A stretch of DNA of 64,000 nucleotides from positions 222,093 to 286,092 of the forward strand of contig JAANOX010000232.1 in NCBI GenBank assembly GCA_020184695.1. The letters run 5' to 3'. The notes under the pieces were generated by a model that was not told the origin of the DNA, did no database searches, and worked only from the letters and a program-made list of their open reading frames with translations. Source of the stretch: Histomonas meleagridis 2922-C6/04-290x (taxonomy: Eukaryota > Protista > Parabasalia). The translations under genes were made by a program, and so were the position numbers. Positions 40,389 to 52,295 of the stretch are shown piece by piece; the stretch's first letter is position 1; every line of letters starts with the position of its first letter.

Positions 40389-40689
40389 ATTTTCAATTGA
40401 AGTTTCTAAATTCGGAATGTTAATATTTTCTAATGATGAAAATTAATAACTTCCAATTGTTATAACTGAATTTGTTTCAAGAATGATAATTATTTTCATT
40501 AAATACTATAATAATTTAAAATTTTGAACACTATATAAAAGCAGTTGATTCAAATGATGAAACTAATTTTGTTTGTTAATGCATACAATCATTTTTCCTT
40601 ATGCTCCGATATTAATTTCATTTAAATTCCAAATTCAGTAACAATAATTGGTGGTTACTCATCATGTTATTGACAATATCATTAACTGA

Positions 40690-41150
40690 TTATTATTACA
40701 ATTCCAGGATCACTTAATCAATAATAACTAATGTATTAGCTTAATGTTTTTTCTTTGGAAGTAATAAATTGTAAGATTATAACAATTGGAAGTCATACAT
40801 TACATATAACTTCCTACCGAATATCACATTTCCAGATTTTGTTTCTTCAATTGAAACATATACATTTGCTTTTGTTCATCTTTAATTAATTTATTATTGA
40901 AAATCCAAAGGTTCATCTTTTGAAGAATGTAACCAATATCCTTAGCCAACACATACATTCACAAATGCACAATCAAATGCATTATCGCAGACTTTAACAT
41001 GTTCAAATATATTTACTCTTTTACATCATTCACGCAAACATTACCATTATTAGAACCGATTGCACATTCATATTTGTCCGGAGCATTCATACATGAGCAC
41101 AGTTATTCATTTTATTTATTATTCAGATTTACACAATTCTTAATCAAAAT
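40690..41150 (+). pseudogene. Degenerate BspA-like relic
   Basis: Fragments IITIGSH and ITFPDFVSSIETYTFA, plus a T/S-rich stalk-like stretch, with no intact frame. Confidence 0.35.
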
Positions 41151-41196
41151 GAAAACGAGACAAACATATGGATGTTATGTCGTCAGAAGTATTTCT

Positions 41197-42525
41197 TTAT
41201 TCAGAATTTTTCTTTTCGAATTGCTGCGAAATTGCGAAGTCTAACGCGTCTATAAAGTCTAAATACTTCGCCGGGATTTGCATCGCTTTGTACACAAACG
41301 CAAGGAACGGTAACCGCCTTAAAATGCGTCCTGACAAACCTTCACATTTTTCGGCACTTTTCAGGAGCAAATAAGTGTTCTGGAAACTCGTTTGAAGTAC
41401 TTCTTGTTGGAAAATCGACAATTTATCATAATCGAGTAAACCGAAGTTTGACTCAACGATACCTTTGTTGTACAGTTCATCGACGCAACTTTTAAGAATT
41501 ATATATCTTGCGATTTTTGATGGAGGTCCAATATATTGCTTAATATCGGCTCTCGACAAAAAGGCAATGTCAATACATTCGGTTAAATTAGAAGTGGCCA
41601 ACATTATAACATTAGTCTTTTTCCTTAATTGATCTATTTGCGTAAGCAAAGCATTAACTACTCGAATGGCATCGGACGGATCTGAGCCATTCATTGATGA
41701 TTCTCTTGCGGTTGCTAATGATTCTACTTCATCGATTAATACGATAACAAGAACGTTATGATCTGATGCTATGGAATTAATGCGGTCAAATAGCTTCTTT
41801 ACCATTTTACCACTTTCGGCAAACCATTTGGAAAATAATGAATGAGTATTAATTTCTAATATGGTCCCATATTGATATATATGTGAAAAACGTATCGATA
41901 ACTTTTGCGCTAAACCATGACAAATGGTCGTCTTTCCGGTTCCGGGTGGCCCATATAATAATATTATTCGATTTGATGTAACAGTGTCTGGACATACATC
42001 ATGATTAGCAAATTGAACACTCGTCTCCATAAAGTTTAATAACATCGATTTAATGTTACTTTCTTCACCTTCAAATATGACAGAATCAAAATCATTTTGA
42101 AATTTCTCCGAGGGTAGAATTGTCTGTTGTGCAATTGATAGTATTTCTCCATCGTTATCAATAATATCATCATGTGATTCATCATGATTTAATATATAAC
42201 AATGAATCTTAATAGGTGGCGTATCACCATAAATATTGATTTGTTCTATTGATTCTTCATATTCATTAGATGGTAAGTGTACTGATTGTATAATTTTATG
42301 TTTTGTCATTGATCCTACATTTCCAACATTTAAAAAAATATTTGGTTGCTCATTTGCAATCCCTTCAAAAAACGTTCTTATTTCGTCCGTTGATATTGCT
42401 GAATTTGCTTGAATCGCAATTTCAACATCCATATGAATTTTAATTTGCACATCATCAATTTGATGTAGCAAACCGCTAAAACCGTCCGACTGTTTATCCA
42501 TTGAAATGTTGGGCCAAAATGTCAT
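41197..42525 (-). CDS. PCH2: Pachytene checkpoint protein 2 / TRIP13 AAA+ ATPase
   Basis: NRIILLYGPPGTGKT, AQKLSIR, EINTHSLFSKWFAESGK, LIDEVESL, SDAIRVVNALLTQIDQL. ATG at 42525 (alternative 42501), with CCTTT 8 nt upstream. Confidence 0.95.
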   Translation of the reverse strand: MTFWPNISMDKQSDGFSGLLHQIDDVQIKIHMDVEIAIQANSAISTDEIRTFFEGIANEQPNIFLNVGNVGSMTKHKIIQSVHLPSNEYEESIEQINIYGDTPPIKIHCYILNHDESHDDIIDNDGEILSIAQQTILPSEKFQNDFDSVIFEGEESNIKSMLLNFMETSVQFANHDVCPDTVTSNRIILLYGPPGTGKTTICHGLAQKLSIRFSHIYQYGTILEINTHSLFSKWFAESGKMVKKLFDRINSIASDHNVLVIVLIDEVESLATARESSMNGSDPSDAIRVVNALLTQIDQLRKKTNVIMLATSNLTECIDIAFLSRADIKQYIGPPSKIARYIILKSCVDELYNKGIVESNFGLLDYDKLSIFQQEVLQTSFQNTYLLLKSAEKCEGLSGRILRRLPFLAFVYKAMQIPAKYLDFIDALDFAISQQFEKKNSE

Positions 42526-43034
42526 TGGGGTCAAAGGCGAAGGCGTGAAATCGTTTTTGAAAACCCTGATGTATACATCAAGCTGGGTGTGTTGGTGTGT
42601 TGCTGGTACAACATATCCTTCAAAAACCAGCGAAATAATTAAAATTCCAATTTGAATATTAAATATGTTTAACTACTCTGAAAATTTCCCCTGCTATGTA
42701 TTACTTTAAATGCGTTAATGTGAGTATTCCTTGAACATAGTTCGATTTAGGTGCTTTCCAGACTTGAGGATGCAGTAATAATCCACAACCGTTATTTTAA
42801 TAAGTTGTATCGTATAACGGTCACTGTAATTGAATTAAACGATAGCTGTTTTGAATATTTTACATTTGATATAAAATATTGAAAAAGTTTATTAATGTTT
42901 TCCCACTTATTGAATTGAATTTAATCTCCCGAAAAGTGCAGGAACATTTTCAATGTAACAACCGTTATTTTACAATACATTGAATTTTTCAAACACTGTA
43001 AACGTTCCTTTTAACGTCCTTTGTCAACAAGGAA

Positions 43035-45197
43035 ATGAAGGGTGCAGTTCCTCATCCAGAAAGAACAAATAAAAAATGTCCTAACACTCCTCAAAAGAAA
43101 TGCCCTTCAATAAATGTCAAAAATTCCAAACGTTCGATGTCTGCTACAAATTCACCAATTTCCAAAAAATATTCATTGTCACCAGAAAACAAAAAATCTC
43201 TCGACTTGTTTGTCTCGTTGATGATTAATTCATCAAATTCTATTGATAGACTTTATAGTTTTTGCGAACATCATTTTCGTGAAGAATTAGTTCAAATTGT
43301 AACAAAAAAACTCGATGAATACATAACAGATTTCAAAAATCTTTTAGTTCAAATCCAAACACAAAAAATTGTTACATCACAACTTGAAGCAGATCAAAGA
43401 CCAAATTCTGTATCTTTTTCGATTTCAAATTGGCGTAATTACAGTGACGAAAATTGGCCAGATACTACATCTGATGATTGGATTAAAGTTGCTGTTTCAC
43501 ATTTTACAAAAACTGCACCAGAATTGCCTACATCACCAAAAAAGCAGACACAAACATGGGAAGAACGAATTGCTAACGCAGAAATCAAACGGAAACGAAT
43601 CGAAAATATTAAAAATCGTGAAATTAGAATGAAAACAAATAAAATTCGGAGAGTAAATGAGCGAATGAACCTTCAACAAGAAGAAGCTAAATCAACAATT
43701 AATGAAAAGCTTGATACTGCACTTCAGCGAAGAGAAGCAATATTAAATCAAATTGTTGAAAAAGCGCATAATGAAATTGAAAAAATCCAAGAAAATAATT
43801 TCATGCAGCGCCTTGAAAATGAAGGGAAAAAGCTTCAACTTGAAAGAAACATGGATAAAGCAACCAAAAGGCACCAAGAGATGGTACAAGACATTCGAAA
43901 TAAAGCGAAAGAAAGAACAGCATCAAAGAATCAAATTTCACCTGACATGTCTCCTCCTAAGAAAAAGCCAAAGGCCGTTACTCTTACAGAAGCTATTAAT
44001 CAAAAGTTTCTTCCCGAAGAAATATTTCCATTAAAGGGAATTAGTTATGAAGACATTCCTATCATTACAATTCCAACTTTTAATGAAGAAGAACCAAAGA
44101 AATCGCAAATATTAGAAAAGCTTAGTAAAGCAATGATAAATGAAGAACAAAATCAATCACAACATATCATTAATTATTTAAAGGCAATTAATGATCAAAA
44201 GTCATTCATTAAATGGGAATCACCGGAAGCAAAAGTAATATATGAATCACTTCAACTTATTTTAGTTTCTAATCATTCAAATGGAAGTCAAATATTACGT
44301 CATGTCATTAATCTTTTACCAAATTCATATCCATTTGTATTCAATATTGGTTTTAGAATTATATCACTTTTCCATGAATATTGTCATCAAGTTGATTCAC
44401 TTCCAACAACGAAAGAAATAATTTCACTTTGGACATCCATTTTAAATTGTCAATATGATGAAACACAAATATTATTGCTATCACAAATGATTTATTCGAG
44501 TGTTATACGTTATTTATGTTATATTATTGAAATTGTTAAACAAGAAGATCTAAAAAATGAATCAACACAAGAAATTATTAATTTAATTATCCAATTATTA
44601 AAATCAATTTCATTATTTCTTCAAAATAACAAAGCTAAAATTCCATTAGAGTTATTCCAATTAGTTAACAAAACTTCTTCATATATATATTCATCATTAT
44701 TTAATTATTTAATATTAACCAAATCCGAAAATGCTATACATATAATATCTCTTTATATGATTAATTTTCATGATAATTTAGACGAAATATTAAAAGAAGA
44801 TAACATTGAACAAATATTAAATATTGTTAAATCTTTTATTACTTCAAAAGAAGTCTCAAAAGAATTCATTTTGTTCATTGGAATTGTTTGTAGATATTCA
44901 AATGTTTTTAGAGAAAAATGTAATATTGGAAACCCATCAATTTTATCAATATTATGCGGATTACCTTTATCATATTTCATTCAGAAAGAAGAATCAAATG
45001 TTTTAATACCAACATTGGTTGCAATATGTTATCATTCACCTGAAAATATCAAAACATTAAAGCAAAAGATAAATATCTCAATTTTGTCGAATTTTATGAA
45101 AAATATTCAACAAAATGAAAAGGATTTGTTCTCTCCTCATTTTAGGTTTCCTGTTGAAGAAAAATTAATCATTATGAAAACATTGGAAGAAGGTTAA
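43035..45197 (+). CDS. SCAPER: SCAPER-like protein (S-phase cyclin A-associated protein in the ER)
   Basis: SCAPER_N-like SIDRLYSFCE...LDEYITDFKNL, coiled coil EKAHNEIEKIQENNFMQRLE, C-terminal ILCGLPLSYF...PTLVAICYHSPEN...RFP. Confidence 0.8.
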   Translation: MKGAVPHPERTNKKCPNTPQKKCPSINVKNSKRSMSATNSPISKKYSLSPENKKSLDLFVSLMINSSNSIDRLYSFCEHHFREELVQIVTKKLDEYITDFKNLLVQIQTQKIVTSQLEADQRPNSVSFSISNWRNYSDENWPDTTSDDWIKVAVSHFTKTAPELPTSPKKQTQTWEERIANAEIKRKRIENIKNREIRMKTNKIRRVNERMNLQQEEAKSTINEKLDTALQRREAILNQIVEKAHNEIEKIQENNFMQRLENEGKKLQLERNMDKATKRHQEMVQDIRNKAKERTASKNQISPDMSPPKKKPKAVTLTEAINQKFLPEEIFPLKGISYEDIPIITIPTFNEEEPKKSQILEKLSKAMINEEQNQSQHIINYLKAINDQKSFIKWESPEAKVIYESLQLILVSNHSNGSQILRHVINLLPNSYPFVFNIGFRIISLFHEYCHQVDSLPTTKEIISLWTSILNCQYDETQILLLSQMIYSSVIRYLCYIIEIVKQEDLKNESTQEIINLIIQLLKSISLFLQNNKAKIPLELFQLVNKTSSYIYSSLFNYLILTKSENAIHIISLYMINFHDNLDEILKEDNIEQILNIVKSFITSKEVSKEFILFIGIVCRYSNVFREKCNIGNPSILSILCGLPLSYFIQKEESNVLIPTLVAICYHSPENIKTLKQKINISILSNFMKNIQQNEKDLFSPHFRFPVEEKLIIMKTLEEG

Positions 45198-45833
45198 ATG
45201 TCTTTTTGAAAAATTGTTTGCGGAAATAAATAAAATTGTAGAAATATAAAATAATTTTTGTTTCTATATAAAATAAGTTGATTTTTAATGTGTTTGCTAA
45301 ATCATTATGTTGTAAAATTGTTACAATCAGATCAGGTGATTATCATTTTTTGATGTTTCTAAAAAAATACTTAAATATGAAATTCTATATTAAATATATT
45401 AGTAAGTTATGAATCACAAATATATTTATTCCTATTTACGAATAAGACCCCTTTGTTTTGGAGGTGCAATTGATCATGATTAAAAATGATCGTTTTTACG
45501 GTTTATCTAATGTTTCCAAATCCATTGAAATAATTTCGCAACCAATAATGATAATTCCAGCCCAACACCATTTTAAACCAAAAATAGAAGTAATTTCCAA
45601 CCTCTACAAAAACGAATTATAGTGCTTTAATTGGAATTTTATAAAATTTATTTCAACTGTCAACTAGCAAATATTCTTTTTCAAATAAATATACGATATA
45701 TTTTTTGATTAAATAGATTAATTGTTTAATCGCTATGGATATAAACTTGGTTTAAATGTATGTATCTTTTTGTCACTTTTTATGCAACATTTGACAAAAA
45801 CCTCTTTTGTAAATATCTGAAATATAACTGGAG

Positions 45834-48367
45834 ATGAATGTTGTCTTCGAGTCACCATCAGCATTGCATACATTTTCATCATCAATACTAAGCATATTTA
45901 CAACTAAAAAGTATTTTTATGTTGCAACCGTTGATAATTGGCTCACTAGATATGAAATTCGATCACAAGTCAAAGCATCTTTAAATACCATGCAAAAGAC
46001 CCAAATAGCCAAGAGAGGCTTAAAGAAAATAGCCGTTGTTTTTTGCAAAGAGTATTTAATCGTTGCTCTTGTTCAAAATCAATTATATATTTTACCAGAA
46101 TCAAAGTTTCATGAACCATTCTACCCCACTAGCATTACCAATGTTGATGATTTCTGTGCGTGCGGAGATGAGAATTCACTTCGAGTAATATCTGGTAAAA
46201 ACTTCATTCAATATTCTATCCAAAATTTCAAAGATTTTCTTCAAGTTTCTACACGTGAACTTAAGCAAAGTGTTTCCCAAATAGTTTCATCTAATGTTGA
46301 AATTCTTTTTAAAATGAAAGGAAAAAATCAACCACAAATTCTTGATATGAGAGAAGCCAAATTTTATGACACAGGAAAAGAGTCTCCACGTTTCATTGGT
46401 GTTGCCACTGGGCCCACAGGATCCAAGACTAATCGACTTTCACAAAGACAAAAAGTATCACAATTTTATTTAGTATACAAAGATTATGTCGAATTCCTTC
46501 GAAATGGTCCATTTCAACGCCTTCAAGCCAAAAATAATGAAACCATTATTGATTTTAAGATAAATTATCCATATGCGATATTTATCTTTAAACATTTTAT
46601 CGAGGTTAAAGCATTAGTCTGTGACAATTTAACATTAGAAATTCCGTTTGAACCACCTGCATCTAAATCAATTTTATGTCCATTACCAAATCATTCATTT
46701 TTATATTCTAATGACAAGCAATTATTTTCAGTACAATTTGTATCACCTACAGCCCAAATCGATGAATTAACAAATCGAAAGTTATGGGAAAATGCCATTG
46801 CATTATCAGCGGCATTTCCCGACGATAAAACTTCTCAGTCAAAATTGAATGATTTATATTTGAGTTATGGCGAATCTTTATTAGTTCAAGGGAAATTCCA
46901 CGAAGCGTTTGTTAACTTTAAGAACAGCAACAAGCCACCGTCATCGATTGTCAGTAACTTTTCGGTGTTGTTACCATATGAAGTTACTGATGAGAAATCG
47001 AATTTAACCGAATGGAAAAAGAAGAGTAATACTAATTTCTCAAGTTCAATGCAACTTGACGAAAATGCTTTAGTTGAACTTAAGAACTACATTAAGGGCA
47101 TCTTAGAGAAAGGTTGTGATGAAGAAACAACATTAATGATATTACAATCAGTCTTATTCAAGTGTTATGTATATGTCGAACCTAACTATGTCATTGAGTT
47201 CATTCGACAGAAGCCATCAATCTTCTTTGATTCCACCGAAAAGTTTTTACAACAAAAGAATTCCGATGAGATTTTCTTGGAATTATGTCGAACGTATGGC
47301 CGAAATTCGATTGCCATTAAGTTCCTTAAAGACAAAGGCCTTGTTGAAGAACTTGTCAAATATGTTCGCATGTCACATGATTTCGAGAAACATGGGAAAG
47401 AAGTCTTTCGATTTGTCCATGACAAAGATCCTAAGTTATCACCGTTATTATTCTGTTCGAATTATTTAGATGAGTCACAAGTCTATAACATATTACGTTT
47501 TATCGAGACATCTGCCGGCTTAAAGAAATCTGAACAAAATATTATTAACATTAAGTTCTTAGACTTTTGTATCTATGAACGAAAGATCAACAAGAACACA
47601 TTAAATGTTAAATTGATCGAACTTTATATCGAAATATTATCGCCATCGATCTCACAACATTTAAGTGCATTAACAATGAATTATATATCAATCGAACGAG
47701 AACCAGAGCCCATTAAATCATATCGAAAAGGGTTACAAAAGATACTTGAAACATGTGAACGATCAGATGCAGCAGCACAAGTTGATAAAATCAGTGATTG
47801 TTTTCTTGAAGAGAAACTCGTAGCAATGCGACGAAGCGGAATGATTAAGAATTGTCTTCAACTTGTTTCGCAAAGTATTGTCGACTTTAGTATTGCACTT
47901 GATTTTTGTGAGAAAGTTTATGAAGAAGAACAAAATCAAAAAGATGTTTTTTTACACAATTATTTATGGAATTAATATCACAACCGAATGTTAAGGAAAA
48001 TTCGAAAAAGAATATAATTCGACTTGTTAATACGAAGACGGAATTTTTAGATATTGTTTGTGTTATTCAACGAATTCCATCGAATATTAAATTAGTTGAA
48101 ATTAAAGAATTCTTGAAGAATGTCACCGTCGGAATGGTGAATCATAATCGCGAAAAAAAGATCGAAAATGCATTAATCCAATCAACTTTATCATTTAAGA
48201 AACAACAATTAAAATATTTGAAAGGAGGCTCTGTGGAAATTACACACGACACTTTGTGCGCGACATGCAGAAAACCAATTAAATTCTCTGTGTTTTACGT
48301 GCTGAATGATAACACAATAATACATTCTGCTTGTAAACCACCACAAACAGATTTATCAATGGATTAA
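45834..48367 (+). CDS. VPS39: Vam6/VPS39-like tethering subunit, frameshifted in this sequence at a T-run (47947-47953)
   Basis: CNH-like N-terminus, helical repeat region, C-terminal Vps39_2 zinc finger CATCRKPI...IIHSAC. ORFs 45834-47975 and 47966-48367 join if the 7-T run is 5 T, as it is in the inverted copy. Confidence 0.8.
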
Positions 48368-48376
48368 ATAAATTGT

Positions 48377-48811
48377 TGAAAATTATATTTTATTTGAAGT
48401 AATGTGAAAATATAAATCATAGCGATATTTGCATGAGTTAGAAATTTGATGAAAATTATATTTTATTTGAAGAAATGTGAAAATATAAATCATAGCGATA
48501 TTTGCATGAGTTAGAAATTTGATGAAAATTATATTTTATTTGAAGAAATGTGAAAATATAAATCATAGCGACATTTGCATGAGTTTAAATTTGTTGAAAA
48601 TTATATTTTATTTGAAATAATGTGAAAATATAAATCATAGCGACATTTGCATGAGTTTAAATTTGTTGAAAATTATATTTTATTTGAAGTAATGTGAAAA
48701 TATAAATCATAGCGACATTTGCATGAGTTTAAATTTGATGAAAATTATTTTATTTGAAGAAATGTGAAAATATAAATCATAGCGACATTTGCATGAGTTA
48801 GAAATTTGATG
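48377..48811. repeat. Non-coding minisatellite, six copies of a 70-73-bp unit
   Basis: CATAGCGA at 48418, 48491, 48564, 48636, 48708 and 48778. Confidence 0.95.
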
Positions 48812-48984
48812 AGAAGGTGTGGATGAAGAACTGATATCTTTACAAAACTTAAACCAGGTTTTGTAACAAGTTACATTAAATTTTCATGTGCCATTATTCA
48901 CTTTTTGATAGTTTTCATTGTTTGACGTCAAATAATTTTCGAAAAGAGTATTGAAATTTGAATTAGTATACTTAAACGGCAGAA

Positions 48985-51255
48985 ATGATCCCGAATGAAA
49001 GATCAACTATTCATGATATCGTTAATATATATGGAAATAATTATCTACGCGCATTTAATGGTACATTCTCCTTCTCAAAATTTTATATCAAAATCAAATT
49101 TTTATTGATAAATTATTTTTCCAAATTTGTTCATAATAAAAAAATCGATAGTATTAAATTAACTCCAATTTTTTTGATTGTTTTTTTCATATTTTCATAT
49201 GAAACATTTGATTCAAATACAGGAACACTTACTATTTCTCATCCAAATGAATTTCCAACTGAAAAAGATGATAACATAAAAAATATTATTATTAATGGTA
49301 ATGTTACTGTTATTCCAAATAATACATTTGAATTTTGGACGTCAATCACATCTGTTGAAATTGGAGATTCAGTTATTACGATTGAAAGATATGCATTTTA
49401 TTTTTGTACTTCATTGGAAACAATTTCTTTTGGAAACAATTTAAAAACAATAAATGATATTGCATTTTATAGATGTTCTTTAATAAGTGTTACATTTCCA
49501 GATTCTTTGATGTCAATTGGAAGTTCAGCATTTAGTTCAAATATTAAATTAACAACGATTATATTTGGGAATAATATTCAAGAAATAAATAATTTTGCAT
49601 TTCAAAATTGTTATTCATTAGAAAATATTATAATTCCTAAATCAGTTATATATATTGGAAATGGTGTATTTAGTTTATGTTCTAAACTTCAATTTATTAA
49701 TATTTCAGAAGAAAATGAATATTATTCTAATTATCATTATGATGGAATTATTTATAATCAAAATCATACGAATCTTAACTGTTATCCGAATGGTAATTTG
49801 AAAGAAACATTTTGCGTTCCTAAATATGTTAAAATCATTGAAACATATTCATTTTATTCATGTACAAATTTGAAAAACATTATTATTCCGGATACAGTTA
49901 CAACCATTGGAAGTTATTCATTTTCTCAATGTTTATTTCCAAATATTTTGTTTCCAAATTCATTAACAACAATTGGAGATTATTCATTTTATTCATGTTT
50001 ATTTACAAATATTTCATTTCCAGATTCTTTGATGTCAATTGGAAGTTCAGCATTTAGTTCAAATATTAAATTAACAACGATTACATTTGGGAATAATATT
50101 CAAGAAATAAATGATTTTGCATTTCAAAATTGTCATTCATTAGAAAATATTATAATTCCTAAATCAGTTAGATATATTGGAATTGGTGCATTTAGTTTAT
50201 GTTCTAAACTTCAATTTATTAATATTTCAGAAGAAAATGAATATTATTCTAATTATCATTATGATGGAATTATTTATAATCAAAATCATACGAATCTTAA
50301 CTGTTATCCGAATGGTAATTTGAAAGAAACATTTTGCGTTCCTAAATATGTTAAAATCATTGAAACATATTCATTTTATTCATGTACAAATTTGAAAAAC
50401 ATTATTATTCCGGATACAGTTACAACCATTGGAAGTTATTCATTTTCTCAATGTCAACAACTTCAATGTATTTATTATTATGGATCTTCAGAACCATCAA
50501 TTGGAAGCAATGCATTTTATAATATTTCAACTAAAGAAGTTATTGTAACTAATGTTTACAATGATACAAAATTTGGAAATTTAAACATATTACAAGGAAA
50601 TGCGAGTGAATATTGTGAACCAATAATAACATTGACATTTTCACAAAGTAATACATTCACTAAATCAAATACATTTATAAAATCAAATACATTTACTGAT
50701 TCTAATTCTGTTACAATATCGAATACATTTACATCTTCTTTCCAATCTGATATAAAATTTTCTTATTCAATAACAATAACATTAATAAATTCATATTCAA
50801 TCACAAGAACAATTACGAGACAAATTTCATATTTAAATACATATTCAATATCATTTGTTAATTCAGCATATATTTATATTCATACGATTTTTATTTATTA
50901 TAATTATACGATTATTCAATATTCAACAAATTTCATATTTTATTCTAATTTTTTTACGATATTTCAACATAAAGAAGAACAAACGAATTCGAATAATATT
51001 AATATCAATATTATTATTATTGTTGTTTGTGTTGTTATTATTATTATTATCATTATTATTATCATAATATCAATTGTTTTAATTAAACATAAACGAAAAC
51101 AATTAAATATTAATGAAAATAGTAATGATGAAAACGAAAATGGACAAGAAGGGAATGTAATCAATAATTTTTCGACAGGAATTAATATATCACATATTGA
51201 CGAAGATCCATTTGCACAAGATTTCAAAGAAGATGAAAAATTTGTTAATATTTAA
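48985..51255 (+). CDS. BspA-like LRR surface protein
   Basis: Many TpLRRs (FPDSLMSIGSSAF, IPDTVTTIGSYSF), S/T stalk, Ile-rich TM, tail EDPFAQDFKEDEKFVNI. Confidence 0.93.
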   Translation: MIPNERSTIHDIVNIYGNNYLRAFNGTFSFSKFYIKIKFLLINYFSKFVHNKKIDSIKLTPIFLIVFFIFSYETFDSNTGTLTISHPNEFPTEKDDNIKNIIINGNVTVIPNNTFEFWTSITSVEIGDSVITIERYAFYFCTSLETISFGNNLKTINDIAFYRCSLISVTFPDSLMSIGSSAFSSNIKLTTIIFGNNIQEINNFAFQNCYSLENIIIPKSVIYIGNGVFSLCSKLQFINISEENEYYSNYHYDGIIYNQNHTNLNCYPNGNLKETFCVPKYVKIIETYSFYSCTNLKNIIIPDTVTTIGSYSFSQCLFPNILFPNSLTTIGDYSFYSCLFTNISFPDSLMSIGSSAFSSNIKLTTITFGNNIQEINDFAFQNCHSLENIIIPKSVRYIGIGAFSLCSKLQFINISEENEYYSNYHYDGIIYNQNHTNLNCYPNGNLKETFCVPKYVKIIETYSFYSCTNLKNIIIPDTVTTIGSYSFSQCQQLQCIYYYGSSEPSIGSNAFYNISTKEVIVTNVYNDTKFGNLNILQGNASEYCEPIITLTFSQSNTFTKSNTFIKSNTFTDSNSVTISNTFTSSFQSDIKFSYSITITLINSYSITRTITRQISYLNTYSISFVNSAYIYIHTIFIYYNYTIIQYSTNFIFYSNFFTIFQHKEEQTNSNNININIIIIVVCVVIIIIIIIIIIISIVLIKHKRKQLNINENSNDENENGQEGNVINNFSTGINISHIDEDPFAQDFKEDEKFVNI
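49498..50454 (+). repeat. Internal 522-bp (174-aa) tandem duplication in the BspA gene
   Basis: CCAGATTCTTTGATGTCAATTGG at 49498 and 50020, with near-identical downstream sequence. The second unit is partial. Confidence 0.9.
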
Positions 51256-51492
51256 AATTAGTCTATAAAAAAATTTTTATATAAAAATCAAATTCAAAAT
51301 TATAATAATTCATAATTAAAATCAAACTAATAATTTATAAATTATACAAAAGTTTATTAGTTTCAATTATATATATAAAATAACATCAAAGGCAAACTGT
51401 TAACAGTTTCAATTTGAAAAAAATTAATATGGAAAAAAAAATTGACACCGAAAGAGACCGTTTATTGTATAAATTAAACGTATACTATTGAA

Positions 51493-52161
51493 ATGGCTGA
51501 AACAACAGAAGAAGCATACGAAGTAGAATCTATTGTCGGCCATAGAAAACTACCTGGAGAACCTGAACAATACCTTGTGAGGTGGGTTGGGTACGAGAAT
51601 CCAACATGGGAGCCAATTGGACTTCTTGATAATTGCAAAAATTTAATCAAAGAATTCTGGATTAAAAAGAAAGAAAAAGCAAAACAAGCTACTGAACAAG
51701 TGGCAACAATTAAGCCGCCAACACAACCTGATTTCAGAATGATTTTTAATCTTCCTATTGATACTTCAAAAGAGAACATTCAAGAATTAGAATTAAACCC
51801 ACTTGAACCAAAGCCACAACAAAGAGAGTTTGATGCTGATATTGAACCTACAAATTTCCATGATATGCAAGTTGAAAATGTTCTTTTAGTTAGAAGAGAG
51901 CCGAAAAAAAATGTTATGAGAAGTTGGTATAGCGGCGCTTGCGTTACTGAAGTGGACTCTGATGAAAAATTTGAGACACCACCAAACAACTTTCGAATCA
52001 CTTCCTTATGGAAAGATGAAACAGGCGAATGCTTTGGAACAATAACTAACCAAGACGAGGAAGAAGAGATTGTTGAATACGATACTTTAGCCTTCTTCTT
52101 TCCAGATTTATTAGCTGATTTCATTGAGCTTCATTACCTCATTGGCGAATCAATATCATAA
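51493..52161 (+). CDS. HP1-like chromodomain protein (chromo plus putative chromoshadow)
   Basis: YEVESIVGHR...YLVRWVGYENPTWEP...NCKNLIKEFW with an intact Y/W/Y cage. C-terminal ...PDLLADFIELHY resembles the chromoshadow P..vi.FyE helix. Confidence 0.8.
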   Translation: MAETTEEAYEVESIVGHRKLPGEPEQYLVRWVGYENPTWEPIGLLDNCKNLIKEFWIKKKEKAKQATEQVATIKPPTQPDFRMIFNLPIDTSKENIQELELNPLEPKPQQREFDADIEPTNFHDMQVENVLLVRREPKKNVMRSWYSGACVTEVDSDEKFETPPNNFRITSLWKDETGECFGTITNQDEEEEIVEYDTLAFFFPDLLADFIELHYLIGESIS

Positions 52162-52295
52162 GCTTTACATTTTACGATAGCTTCATTATTAACTTTTTCA
52201 TATGTTTTTGATCGTTTAGTACACAATTTTACGCTTATCGTTCTAGCCGATTTTTTTTTTGTTGTGTAAGTAAATATATACAAATTCTATTTTTA

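Noticed and set aside
41197-42525. PCH2 as new evidence for meiosis
   Set aside because: Meiotic gene homologs are already reported in trichomonads, and TRIP13 also acts in the mitotic checkpoint.
6026-48367. Functional clustering of trafficking genes (p97-DPF, VPS50, GDI, VPS39) or splicing genes (YJU2, U1-70K)
   Set aside because: They are interspersed with unrelated genes on both strands; there is no evidence beyond chance in a gene-dense genome.
39991-48811. The 65-bp and 72-bp arrays as CRISPR arrays
   Set aside because: Whole units repeat with no unique spacers, no cas genes were seen, and the context is eukaryotic.
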